Below are positions 1 through 11,010 of a stretch of 37,952 nucleotides of DNA, in pieces. The stretch is from Octopus bimaculoides (Eukaryota), in NCBI RefSeq assembly GCF_001194135.2, contig NC_068981.1:191372313-191410264 (forward strand), in the 5' to 3' direction. A program made the position numbers and the translations under genes. The notes below the pieces were generated by a model. It saw only the letters and a list, made by a program, of their open reading frames with translations. It did no database searches and was not told where the DNA came from. How positions within the stretch are numbered: the first letter of the stretch is position 1; each line of letters starts with the position of its first letter.

Positions 1-101
1 TAAGAAGTACAAAGAACTTCATTCATTCAAAGAACCTTGACTTCTCACTGATGTTTACATCCCTTGCCTATATATATATACCAGCAAAAGTTTTATTCAT
101 T

Positions 102-104
<3 letters not shown>

Positions 105-167
<63 letters not shown>
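105..167. repeat. (CA)n microsatellite
   Basis: Read directly. Confidence 0.98.
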
Positions 168-171
<4 letters not shown>

Positions 172-182
172 CACACATACTG

Positions 183-328
183 ACAGGCATTGTTGTGTGG
201 CTAAGAAGTTTGTTTCACAACCACATGGTTACAGGTTCAAACCTACTGCTCAGCACCTTGGGCAAGTGTCTTCTGCTCCTGCTCCAGGCTGACCCAAGCC
301 TTGTGAATGGATTTAGCAGATGGAAACT
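183..328 (+). mobile_element. tRNA-derived SINE, family A
   Basis: A/B-box-like head (GTTGTGTGGCTAAG...GGTTCAAACC), then the family core CACCTTGGGCAAGTGTCTTC...AGCCTTGTGAATGGATTT...GGAAACT. Confidence 0.7.
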
Positions 329-361
<33 letters not shown>

Positions 362-489
362 GGAGCACTGATATTCTACTGGTCACTACAAAACCAATGT
401 AGTTCTGACGTTTATATTGCTTGCAGACATTATGATCTGTTGTTCCCCATTTTTGAAAACCTTTGAAATATTAAAGATTCCTTACCTGA

Positions 490-605
490 AAAACAGGTAA
501 GAGTTGGTCATAAGAAGAGTATCATCTGGCCATAAAATCTTGCCTGGAAACCAATTCTTGTCTAAGCTATGCTAACATGGGAAAAATGGATGTTAAATAA
601 ATGAA
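490..605 (+). mobile_element. RTE-tail family 3' fragment (SINE or LINE end)
   Basis: Ends GCTAACATGGGAAAAATGGATGTTAAA; related to the copies at about 9470 and 33000 in the opposite orientation. Confidence 0.45.
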
Positions 606-608
606 CAT

Positions 609-614
609 TGTACA

Positions 615-648
<34 letters not shown>

Positions 649-705
649 CGCGCGCGTGCAGGCATGTGTGTGTGTGCGCGTGCGTGCAGGCATGTGTGTG
701 TGTCT
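609..705. repeat. Compound (TG)n-(CG)8 alternating purine-pyrimidine tract
   Basis: A (TG)n run continues into CGCGCGCGCGCGCGCG at 641-656, followed by further TG/CG repeats. Confidence 0.95.
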
Positions 706-870
706 GTTTGTACAGAGATAAATCCATCAGCATTTAAAGTTGATGCTTCATCCCTTTGCTGATTGATGCAATCCTTCAGGTGACAAAATGGGTTGAACAT
801 TGAAAGAAAATCTGAATATCAGTGAAGTGTATCATCAGCTTTAAACGAATGTATAAACATTTATATATAG

Positions 871-1210
871 GGGCAGGCATGGCTGTGGGGTTAAGCAGCT
901 CGCTTTGCGACCATGTCACCTTGGGTTCAGTCCCACTGCGCAGCATTTTCAGAAAGTGTCTTTTACAATAACCCCTGGGCAACAAATGTCTTGTGAGTGA
1001 ATTTAGTAGGCAGAAGCTGTGTAGAAGCCCAGTGTGTGTGTGTGTGTATACACATGTGTGAGTATGTCTTTGTATCTATGCTTGACAACCAGTGCCAGTT
1101 TGTTTACATCCCCATAACTTAGTGGTTTAGCAAAAGAGACTAATAGAATAGTAACACACTTAATAAAAGACAAGTATGGCCACAGTGAAATAACTGAAAC
1201 AAGTAAAAGA
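871..1210 (+). mobile_element. tRNA-derived SINE, family A (near full length)
   Basis: GGCATGGCTGTGGGGTTAAG...GGGTTCAGTCCCACTGC, an internal (TG)n, then GCTTGACAACC...CATAACTTAGTGGTTTAGCAAAAGAGAC. Confidence 0.75.
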
Positions 1211-1684
1211 TTATATTGAGGACTTTTTCTCCCATTTGTACATTGAAATGTATGTACATGTTTGTATTTACTAACTTAGATCCCATGTTCACTCTTACAA
1301 TATTTGCGAAGAATTTTTCCAAACCTTCAACATCATGGACATGTATATTTATTTTCTTTCATACAATAACTGTTTCACATATTTTTCTCCATATCCACAC
1401 ATTTCATTAATCACTCCCTATCATAGTTTCATGAATTTATCATCAAAATCTATGTTTCAATTTTAAGACCTTATTTATTGCTTCTCTTATTTTTTTTTTA
1501 ATTATTATTTTGGGGTCTTTTTCTTCACCTTATTCTTCTTTTTTAATGTGATTGTTTCTCTTGGCTCTGTGTCTCTCTCGCTTCCATTTAAGTGACAGAG
1601 ACTGGATCATGTGTGTTCTATCTCATGGTTACTAAAAACTGTTAGGGTTGTCAACTCTCCATTTATTATAATGCTGTATTTCAG

Positions 1685-1768
1685 ACGTACACAACGAAGA
1701 CCTCGACAGATGCCTCCAGAAGAGGACCAATACCATGAAGCTATTCATGATAAACATTCCCTACCTCA
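1685..1768 (+). CDS. Internal coding exon (84 nt) of an unidentified plus-strand gene; reads RTQRRPRQMPPEEDQYHEAIHDKHSLP
   Basis: Acceptor tttcAG at 1683-1684 and donor GTAAGT at 1769. Length is a multiple of 3. The phase-2/phase-2 frame is open and matches the phase-2 acceptor of the terminal exon at 13290. Confidence 0.65.
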
Positions 1769-2377
1769 GTAAGTATGACCAACTCCATCAGAATGCTACA
1801 AGAGTTAAAACACACACACACACACACACACAAGCATTCACTTATCAGCCATTGTCCTGATACAGATCATAAAAGCAAACCGTAATTCTTGTACACAAAA
1901 TGAAATATCAAAGAAATAATATACAGATATTTAGCTGTAAACTGCTAGCTTTTTTCTGTCTTTGTAAGTTGTTAAAATCTAGGAAGTTAAATAAACTCCA
2001 GTGATTATTGTGTCAGAAAATTCACTGGCTAAAAATTAGTTACAAGACTAAAAGAAAAAAATAGTTTCCAACTAATAGATTGAAAATGATACAAGAACAA
2101 AACTGTTGTGAGATTGAATATGTCAGTTTGATGCAATGAGATAATAATGTCACCTGATTATGGGTTGTGGTAAGTTTGGCTGGTTAGCAGCCTGTAGAGA
2201 CTAAATAGTATCTTCATACAGGACTTAGTGCTAAATTTGCTGGCAAACTACTTCCCAAGTTTCTGTTTGCTTGTAACATTGCCATCTTTTATAAAAAAGA
2301 ATGTAAAGAATTAGTTCTATTTTTTATGTTAACTTAGAGACTAAATAATTGTCAGAATATTTCGCTTGTTTTGATAA

Positions 2378-2720
2378 NNNNNNNNNNNNNNNNNNNNNNN
2401 NNNNNNNNNNNNNNNNNNNNNNNNNNNNNNNNNNNNNNNNNNNNNNNNNNNNNNNNNNNNNNNNNNNNNNNNNNNNNNNNNNNNNNNNNNNNNNNNNNNN
2501 NNNNNNNNNNNNNNNNNNNNNNNNNNNNNNNNNNNNNNNNNNNNNNNNNNNNNNNNNNNNNNNNNNNNNNNNNNNNNNNNNNNNNNNNNNNNNNNNNNNN
2601 NNNNNNNNNNNNNNNNNNNNNNNNNNNNNNNNNNNNNNNNNNNNNNNNNNNNNNNNNNNNNNNNNNNNNNNNNNNNNNNNNNNNNNNNNNNNNNNNNNNN
2701 NNNNNNNNNNNNNNNNNNNN
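2378..2720. other. Assembly gap (N run)
   Basis: N bases. Confidence 1.
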
Positions 2721-2879
2721 AGAGGAGCAGGGGCCATTGTAATAGGAGCAGATGAGACAAAATAATACAGTATGTCACTAAATGGATATAGTGTGATGAT
2801 AAAGGCTTGTTTATCAGATGGATGATCGTGTTTGTATGCAGATTACATATGCATGAACATATGGCTATGCTATCATAGA

Positions 2880-2990
2880 TGTGTTGTTTTAGCCTTGGGT
2901 CAACCCTGATTAAGCAGACCTAAGATAAAAAGTCTTCCAGCTATGACTGTCCATCTTGTTTTCAGGATCAGTGTACCTAGGACTACACTA
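2880..2990 (+). mobile_element. Short interspersed repeat; an inverted copy lies at about 16660-16760
   Basis: TTTAGCCTTGGGTCAACCCTGAT...CAGACCTA...CTAGGACTACA here; GTAGTCCTA...TAGGTCTG...ATCAGGATTGACCTAGGGTTAAA there. Confidence 0.45.
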
Positions 2991-3146
2991 CTGATTTTGT
3001 TGCCCCATATTTTTGAATGTGAAATAAAGTGTCTTGCTCAAGGACAAAACACTCTCTCCAATCCTGGAACCAAACTCACAAACTAATCTTTGTGAGACCA
3101 ATGCATGCTGTGTAATCTCCATTTGTCTCTTTTACTTCTACTACAG

Positions 3147-3210
3147 CGGTCTCTGCTTGTCTGAACTTGCCAACTGTATGCTACCTACCAGATGTAACTA
3201 CTTGAAATAG
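3147..3210 (+). CDS. Possible alternative terminal exon (H-GLCLSELANCMLPTRCNYLK*)
   Basis: Strong polypyrimidine tract and cAG (atttgtctcttttacttctactacAG, AG at 3145-3146). Phase 2 is compatible with exon 1685-1768. Stop TAG at 3208-3210 and ATTAAA at 3225-3230. No transcript evidence. Confidence 0.3.
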
Positions 3211-4315
3211 GAAATGTATTTGTAATTAAACGAGTCAGAAAATGGTTTGATCTGAAGTAGTTTCTCTGCTGAAAATGTAACTTGTTGATTCTTATAGATG
3301 TGTGCTTGCTAGAAAAGGTTATCGGATATTATGAAGATTAGAGAGAATATAGATTTCAATTTGTATAGTTCATGAGTAGAGAAGGTAGGAGTAACATTGT
3401 TTCCTTGATGTGTAATGACTGGGTGAGGCAGAATGCTAAGTGCTGTTGTAGAAAACTAGATTGCCATCATTCCATTGATAGACGTTACAAAGTTTCTATT
3501 TGAATAAGTAGGGTAAAGATTATTAGGGGTTATTACATATCAACAGTCTAATACTGGGAGTGATTTGTTCAACTAAAACTCTTCAAAGTGGACTCCCCAC
3601 CACCACCACCACCACCAGCATGGCGACAATCCAGTGATTGAAACAAGCTAAAGATAAAGGTTGATAGAATAGTGTGTGTGTTTGTGTCCGTAATTCGTAC
3701 TCACTGTTAAAAAGTCATTCAATAGGAAATTTCCAACGCAAAAGTTGAAAAAACTGAATGAAACCTTTAAGTGAGTGACCACTTTCGTTACACAACTCTC
3801 CAACCAGAAGCAGTTGAAGCTTTTGATGATGAACAAGCATGACTGGGGGTCAGGTTGTCTTCTCTAAGTGACACTTTTATGAGGATAGCACCTAGGGCTC
3901 TGCTCTATAAGCATGTATAGGTTTAGGGGCCCAGAGTGGGAGGGATCAGTAAACTCAAAGGCAGCCCCAGATGAAACATGTTCTACCTATGCCACTCTGC
4001 TGATACTAAGAGCTATAGCACTGCTTTTACCAAAGTTTTCGGAACTAAAACATTATTGGTATGTGATGTTTACAGGTATTTGTGGAATTTGGTTCTATGT
4101 TGTGATTTTCTGACAAACCCATGTAGGTATTTTTCTTATTCTTTTCCTCTCTCATTTTTAGATTTTGCTCCAAAAACATTTCTAACAAAATTGTTGTTCT
4201 TCTCTGTGATAAGTTTGCTTTACACACCTTTCAAATAGATAATCTTATTGTATCATAATTAACTATAGAATTAATAATTAATCACAAAATTCTAAAAACA
4301 AGAAATTCATAATGC

Positions 4316-4560
4316 TCAGACATGGCTGTGTGATTAAGAAGCTGACTTTGTAAGCACATGGTGTCAGGTTCATTCCCATTGCATGGCACCTTGGACAAAT
4401 CCCTTCTACTGTAGCCCTAGGCTGACCAATGCCTTATAAGTAAATTTGGTAGGCAGAAACTGTGTAGAAGTCCTTTGTGTTTGTATTGGTCCCCCACTAC
4501 CACACAAATACTGGTTTAGTGACTCACCGAGCTAATGATAAGATTGGGCATTTCCACAAC
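4316..4560 (+). mobile_element. tRNA-derived SINE, family A
   Basis: CATGGCTGTGTGATTAAGAAGC...GGTTCATTCCCATTGCATGGCACCTTGG...GGTAGGCAGAAACTGTGTAGAAG. Confidence 0.7.
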
Positions 4561-4629
4561 AAAATTATTTTAATTTGAGTAAAGGCTTTCAGAACAAAAA
4601 TTAATCAAACTACAAACAATCAGTTGCTA

Positions 4630-5090
4630 TCATCATCATCATCATCATCATCATCGTTTAACGTCTGTTTTTCATGCTAGCAAGGGTTGGACAGTTTGAC
4701 ATGGAACTGGTTAGCAGAGAGCTGTCCAAACTCCAACCGTCTGTTGTGGCATGGTTTCTACAGCTGGTGCCCTTCCTAATGCCAACCACTTAACAGAGTG
4801 TCCTGGGTGCTTTTTTTTACTTGTTACCAACATGGGTGCATTTACACAGTACCAGCATGGGTGCTTTTATAGTGTCACCAGCACCTGAAAGGACAAGCTT
4901 TTACGTGTGGAAGACAACAATTTTACTTAGCTGGACGAGTCTTATCAAGTACAGCAAATTGCCACATCTGCCAGTCCCTTGTCATTTCCTCAATGAGGAC
5001 CATCATCCAAAGACCCTATCTCATCACTTCATCCCACATTTTCCTGGGTCTACCTCTTCCACAAGTACCCTCCACAATTAGAGCTTGACA
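4630..5090 (-). mobile_element. RTE-type LINE 3' fragment with (ATG)n tail
   Basis: The (ATC)n run on the plus strand is followed by the family 3' end GTTTAACGTC...CATGCTAGCAAGGGTTGGACAGTTTGAC. The region near 5030-5060 reads like the RGRPRKxW C-terminal motif on the minus strand. Confidence 0.65.
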
Positions 5091-5299
5091 CTTATGATAA
5101 AATATTTTCACTTAGGCAACTCAAGAATGGATTTGTAATGAATTAATAAATAAATGATAATTACAATCTTACAGCTATTAATCAGTTTATTGCACCAATA
5201 TAACTGACCTTGTTATTTTGGCTGATGATTGAGAAAAATGGTGTGTGTAGAATTTAAAAAATAGTCTTTTTTTTTTTTTCATATTAGGCTAAGAACAAG

Positions 5300-5525
5300 C
5301 ATAACTTTTCAGCATTCAGATTACCGTATCACATGTAATGTTTGTTTATTCACATTGTTTTGAATTAATCATGCTTTATCTTGTAGCTTCAAGATTTCAA
5401 CAATGTGATTGTTTATGTTTTTAATAATATTGTCAAGTAGGTATGACAGGCTAGATGTGGCCAGTTTTAACAGGGAACAGGTAGAATATTTTGGGCTGGA
5501 TATGGCCAGTTTAAGGGTGAATGTA
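5300..5525. mobile_element. Degenerate TTAA/piggyBac-type MITE
   Basis: Ends resemble degenerate TTAACCCTTT/AAAGGGTTAA. The internal sequence (CAGCATTCAGATTA...TTCACATTGTTTTGAATTAATCATGC...GGATATGGCCAGTTT) looks like a short non-coding cephalopod repeat I recall; not database-checked. Confidence 0.4.
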
Positions 5526-5620
5526 AAGCACCTGAATAATTATCTTTGTATCTCTCTCTCGTGTGTGTGTGTGTGTGTGTGTGTACATACATACAAGTAA
5601 AGAAAGAGAGAGAGATACAC

Positions 5621-5664
<44 letters not shown>

Positions 5665-6002
5665 TTAGGTGACAGGAGGACAGCAGGATTTGGGGTCTGA
5701 AGATATGTTGTAAGGCTAAACCCCTTATGAACAAGAAACCTAGCCTAGGGTAACCCCATAAACCGGCCTACCCCACTATAATATATATATGTATAAATAC
5801 ACATGTACACATATAGAAACATAGACACATGTGTGTATGCACATACTTACATACATGTTACTTTATATCAGATAAGAAAGATATGTTTTTTTATTAAAAC
5901 TGACACTTGTGAGTCAATTCTCAGTTTCAGTTTTTAAAAAAAACACCTGATAAACACTTACACACACGCAAACACACACACACACATACACACAAATATG
6001 TG

Positions 6003-6135
6003 TTATCATCATTTAACATCCATGTTCCATGCTGACATGAATCAGATGGTATGACATGATCCAATGAGTCCAGTCTACTTTGTCCAGTCTACTTTGGCAT
6101 AATTTCTATGGCTGAACACCCTTCCTAATGTCATA
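6003..6135 (-). mobile_element. RTE-tail family 3' fragment
   Basis: TCATCATTTAACATCCATGTTCCATGCTG...CCCTTCCTAATG matches the family 3' end. Confidence 0.5.
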
Positions 6136-6439
6136 CGTGCTTTTATTTATACACACACACACACACACATATATGTGCATAAAAACAAACATACATACAT
6201 GTACGATGATCACTCCACTAATTTTGACAGAGAATATTTCACCTCAATAAACTGCATGACCTTCACTTTGAATTAACATGTGGATGAGTATTCAGACATG
6301 TATATCATTAATGCAATATGGAGGTAGAATCAGCAAGACAAAGCATGGGACCAGGCATCAGATGTCCTTCCACCCAAGTTCTACAGCAAAAAAATATGTT
6401 CTCTCTCCCTTTCTCTCATACTTTAACCCCTCATCACCT

Positions 6440-6680
6440 TGCATAAAGCTGCCTCCCTGGGGTTTGTAGTTGTGCAAGTGCATGGGAACCTCCCTGGTGC
6501 TGGAAGCATAGGAACAGTACCAAGTGCATACTGTAAAGTCATTGGTGTTAGGAAGGATGTCCAGCTATAAAATCCATGGCAAAGCAGACATTGGAGTATA
6601 ATGCAGTCTTTGGAGATATCTCCTGACAAACCATCCAACCCATGCCAGCATGGAAAAATGGACAATCAATGGTGATGATA
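6440..6680 (+). mobile_element. RTE-tail family 3' fragment
   Basis: GTTAGGAAGGATGTCCAGCT...CAAACCATCCAACCCATGCCAGCATGGAAAAATGGAC...GATGAT. Confidence 0.6.
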
Positions 6681-7131
6681 TATTTTGTAAGATTTTGTTG
6701 TGTTATAACAGATATGACCAGAACTCCTCCCCTGCGTTCACATTTAAACCACTTATTGATGGGTGCTGGTGAAAGAAAATGATTTAATCCTTTGGACCAA
6801 AACAATAATTTATAAGTTACACACCTATGAATATGTAAAATTCAAGATTAGTTTTCTCTGCACATATGTAGACCCCCATGGGTTTTTATGTATGTGTAAT
6901 TGACTTAAAATGTAAAATCTAAGATTAGTTTAGTTTAGGACGATGGTTCTCAGCTTTCTAAAGCTCAGCAACCCCTTTCACTGCATGTTTTGCAAAAAAA
7001 AAAAAAAAATTAAGCTGGAGCTAATTTTGCCCGAAGGTTTGTCATCCATATCCAGTAAGTGTCTATTTCATAGCTATTTACATGGATTAGTGTCCCTACA
7101 TTAAATATTTATGGAAATTACTAAAAACAGC

Positions 7132-7320
7132 ACAGGTGTGGCTGTGTGGTAAGAAGCTTGCTTCCCAACCACATAGTTTCAGGTTCAGTCCCACTGCATG
7201 ACACCTTGGGCGTCTTCTACTACAGCCTCAGGCCAGCCAAAGCCTGGTGAGTGAATATGGAAGATAGTAACTGAAAGAAGCCCCTCATATATGTATATAT
7301 CTGACAACTGGTATTGATCA
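7132..7320 (+). mobile_element. tRNA-derived SINE, family A
   Basis: GGTGTGGCTGTGTGGTAAGAAGCTTGCTTCCCAACCACAT...GGTTCAGTCCCACTGC...ACTGAAAGAAGCCC. Confidence 0.75.
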
Positions 7321-7612
7321 CTGGCATGGATGTTTCTACATGTCACCATTGCTGGTGCTTTTACATATCACCAGCACTGATGCTGTTACATACCACCGGC
7401 ACCAGCCACTACTACGATTTCACTTGGTTTGATAAGTCTCTAGCACAGCAAATTGCCAAAGGTCATGATCACTTATCATTGACTCTGTGAGGCCCCACAT
7501 TCAAAGATCATGCTTCACCACCTCGTCCCATGTCTTCCTGGGTCTACCTCTCTACCACAGGGTCCCTCCACTGTTAGAGATCAGCACTTCTTTACACAGC
7601 TGTTATCATCCT
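7320..7612 (-). mobile_element. RTE-type LINE ORF C-terminal fragment
   Basis: The minus strand translates (with a stop and a frameshift) as VEGPCGR-GRPRKTWDEVVKHDL*MWGLTESMISDHDLWQFAVLE, matching the RTE ORF end. Confidence 0.7.
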
Positions 7613-7629
7613 TATCTTGTGAAACTCTG

Positions 7630-7864
7630 GTATTTTATTGGTCTGTTTTGCCAAACCACTAAGTTACAGTGATGTAAATAAACCAACACAGGTTGTCAAA
7701 CAGTAGGTGGGGAACAAACACAGACACATGCATTTTTCATCTTCCAAATTCACTCATTGGTTGGCCAAGGGTTGAATAGAAGAAACTTGCCCAAGGTGCC
7801 ATGCATTAGAACTGAACCAGAAGCCACATAGTTGCAAAGCAAGTTTCATTACCATTCAGCTGTG
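7630..7864 (-). mobile_element. tRNA-derived SINE, family A (inverted)
   Basis: Reverse complement of the family core (CTTGCCCAAGGTGCC...GAACTGAACC) and of the 3' part (GCCAAACCACTAAGTTAC...GGTTGTCAA). Confidence 0.7.
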
Positions 7865-8900
7865 CATAGTTTGTGATTGTTCACATTTAAGGAAGGGAAG
7901 GGAAGGAAATTTGAATGACCTACTGAACTCTCAACTTTTTGATTATTACTGTCTTTCTTCTATTTGAAAAGGAGAATCGTTGCCCAAAATATTACAGAAT
8001 TGTTAAATATATCTCATGTATAACCACTCTGTCTCTCATACAAATACAGTCTGACCCTTTTAGTTTCAACAGCTCAGTAGAAAGATCTTAAATTAAATTT
8101 ATGTCTTTTTATTTCTTCAAGAATTTTTTTATAGAAATTACATAGAATTTTTTTCTTCTCTTTTTTTTCAGAAAAACAGAATTTTGGTATATATTTGAAG
8201 TGATAGTTTTCATTTCAATACATTCTTTAGTCTGTCCTCTATCTATTAACATTGGCTTTAGTGTAAGAAGGAAGGTCAATGGTGCAAGATTTAGTCAAGA
8301 CTGCCTAATAGTATTTAGGTTCACAGAAGAAATTGTTGAAGTGAAGCTGATGTAGATTGAGGAAGTCCCTTTTTATTTTTTAACTTCACTAAAATCATAT
8401 CAACTACAATATTGTTTCTATACAATGTTGCTGAAAAGTGAAAAATTACCTTTAAATCTTTTTAAAACATTAATTCCATGCCATTTCACTGTCGTTATTC
8501 TTTTGCCAACACTAAATTCTGCATTCATCAATACTTTAATAATAATGTATTGTTGTTATTATTATTATAACACTACATAGCATTTATTTGAATTTAAGTA
8601 TTTTTATACAAAGTAAATATCTGAACTTGAAGAAATGTTTCTGTGCTCTGATAGAAATAAGGTGTTCAAAAATGTTCTGTAATATTGTTGCTAATCTTAA
8701 TCTGTTTTGAACGTACATAGCCATAAGATCTGAGAAAAGAAACTCTTCTGTTCGATGGTACTCAAACATAGTCAGTAATACTTTAATGCAGTATGCAAGT
8801 TGTGGAAATTTAAAATGAACCCTGCTCAAATATAGAGATATATAGCCTTTCCCTGCAGATAGCTGTAGTAAATGCTGTAATGACAAAGATATAAGTCTAT

Positions 8901-9065
8901 ATCATCATCATCTTTTAACATCTACTTTCCATGCTGGCATGGATTGGACAGTTTGACCAGAGCTGGTTCTAGTCTGGTTTGGCTTGGTTTTTACGTCTGG
9001 ATACCCTTCCTAATGCCAACTACTTTACAGTGTGTGCTGGATGCTTTTAATGTGGCACCAGCATG
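8901..9065 (-). mobile_element. RTE-tail family 3' fragment
   Basis: ATCATCATCATCTTTTAACATCTACTTTCCATGCTGGCATGGATTGGACAGTTTGAC...CCCTTCCTAATGCCAAC. Confidence 0.6.
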
Positions 9066-9067
9066 AT

Positions 9068-9070
<3 letters not shown>

Positions 9071-9140
<70 letters not shown>
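9071..9140. repeat. (TA)n microsatellite
   Basis: Read directly. Similar (TA)n runs occur at about 5622-5661, 12150-12237, 29127-29182 and 34536-34665. Confidence 0.98.
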
Positions 9141-9144
<4 letters not shown>

Positions 9145-9454
9145 TCTATCTCCATTTTGGATGGGGTTCCCAACATTTTTACATGGACCATTTGAAAATT
9201 GTGAATTATAAAACTTGAAACCTAAGGTAGTTCAGAAAATCCACAAATAATGTATTTATCCATCAAAGCAGTGTTGAATACACATTCTCAGTGTTCACTA
9301 TTGTGTGTATGTATATTTATGATATAATAATTGTAATTAAGTTCACTTGATAAGGGAATTAAGAATGGAGAGTTTACCTTAACAGGTTTTATTTTGTATT
9401 TGGGGTTTTCAATCAAATTTTGTTTGTTCCTTCCTACATTTCTTCATGTTATCT

Positions 9455-9560
9455 CTGTTTCCCCATGCTAACATGGGTTTGAGGAATATATGATTGAGGC
9501 ATTGTTTCAGCCGGATGCCCATCCTGTCATTAACCCTTACCTGTTTTTCAGGCAAAGGAT
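9455..9560 (-). mobile_element. RTE-tail family fragment
   Basis: CCCATGCTAACATGGG...GCCGGATGCCCATCCTGTCATTAACCCTTACCTGTTTTTCAGG. Confidence 0.45.
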
Positions 9561-9884
9561 CTCTTCTTTCACACATCTTTGAAGGTACAAAACTAATGGA
9601 TGATTTGTTGACAGGAAATGACCACCACTACTTGTAGCTCAGTAATATTCAGAAAAAACACAATGTAGGCAAATACAACACACACATACACAAGATTTTG
9701 TTCACACATATATATGAATAAGGCTTTAGATACAATATAAATCATTGACAGAGCTTGTATTCAGTCCCCAAACCTTCTTCTAATCACACCCTACTAGACA
9801 TACCAGACAACTTAATCCTAGATATACAAAAAGTTTGGGAAGGCTAAGGCTGATTGTTTGTGATTGTAAATCTCACCTGATAAT

Positions 9885-10099
9885 CCTTTCTACTATAGTC
9901 ACAAGGCCTGAAATTTTGATGGGTGCAGGGCTGTCAATTAGATCAACCCCAGTATGCCACTGTTACTTAATTTATCGACCCTGAAAGGATGAAAGGCATA
10001 GTCGACCTTGGTGGATTTTGAACTCAGAATGGAGCAACAGGCAAAATACTGCAAAGCATTTCGTCCAGCATGCTAATGATTCTGCCAGCTCGCCTCCTT
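9885..10099 (-). mobile_element. tRNA-derived SINE, family C, with a 16-bp target-site duplication
   Basis: The minus strand reads GGAGGCGAGCTGGCAGAATC...GAGTTCAAAATCC...GTCGACTATGCCTTTCATCCTTTCAGGGTCGATAAATTAAGTA. AATCTCACCTGATAAT flanks it at 9869-9884 and 10100-10115. Confidence 0.8.
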
Positions 10100-10102
10100 A
10101 AT

Positions 10103-10154
10103 CTCACCTGATAATGGCTCACCTGATAATGGCTCACCTGATAATGGCTCACCT
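10103..10154 (+). repeat. 15-bp minisatellite (CTCACCTGATAATGG) x3.5
   Basis: Units at 10103, 10118 and 10133, plus a partial unit at 10148. Confidence 0.95.
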
Positions 10155-10208
10155 AGTGCTAAACAACATCTCAGTTCAAACCACCATACAATATGAATAC
10201 TAGACCAA

Positions 10209-10430
10209 AGGTGGCGAGCTGGCAGAATCGTTAGCATGCCATGCGAAATGCTTCGTGGCATTTTGTCTGTCTTTACATTCTGAGATCACATTCAGTTGAG
10301 GATAACTTTGCTTTTCATCTTATCAGAATTGATTAAATAAGTAGTGGTTGAATGCTGAGACCGTTGTAATCAACTTGCCCCCTCCCTCAAAATTGCTGGT
10401 GTCGTGCAATATATTGAAAGCAATATAAAT
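10209..10430 (+). mobile_element. tRNA-derived SINE, family C
   Basis: GGTGGCGAGCTGGCAGAATCGTTAGC...CGAAATGCTT...CTTTGCTTTTCATC...CAAAATTGCTGG. Confidence 0.7.
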
Positions 10431-10714
10431 GTTAGACCGCAACTCTTACAAGAATCACTCCTCCTGCCCTCCACCCCACTTCCATATTTCACATAAATCG
10501 AGTTAAGTTCAGATTTGCAACTCTAAACAACAAACTTCACCCTCTTATTTAAATGAGTTTTCCTATGGTCTTCCCATCAGCTGATATACCCTCCAGCCTT
10601 CATCAGATGTCTGGGTTCTCATTCCTAAAGTAGTTTTCGATGTTAATATTATTATTATTAGTGGTAGTAGTAGTAGTATTACTATGGACCCCTTTTAATA
10701 TGCTTATCCTTATA

Positions 10715-10873
10715 TAGATAGATAGATATACATATGTATATACATATGTGTGTATATATATATATAGATATATATGCATATATATATATATATATATATA
10801 TTTATGTGTGTATATATATATATGCATATATATATATATATACACATATATATACACACATAANNNNNNNNNN

Positions 10874-10926
<53 letters not shown>

Positions 10927-11010
10927 GTGTGTATATATATATATGCATATATATATATATATTTATGTGTGTATATATATTTTATTTATATGTATATACA
11001 TATATTTATA
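10715..11010. repeat. Compound TA/TG microsatellite with a 10-N gap (10864-10873)
   Basis: Read directly. Confidence 0.95.

Noticed and set aside
427-497. Apparent exon (ttgcAG...AAACAG|GTAAGA)
   Set aside because: The donor lies inside an RTE-tail repeat fragment whose sequence recurs inverted at about 9540 and 33060, and the peptide is unconvincing.
10103-10154. CRISPR-like array
   Set aside because: The repeats are contiguous with no spacers, there are no cas genes, and the context is eukaryotic.
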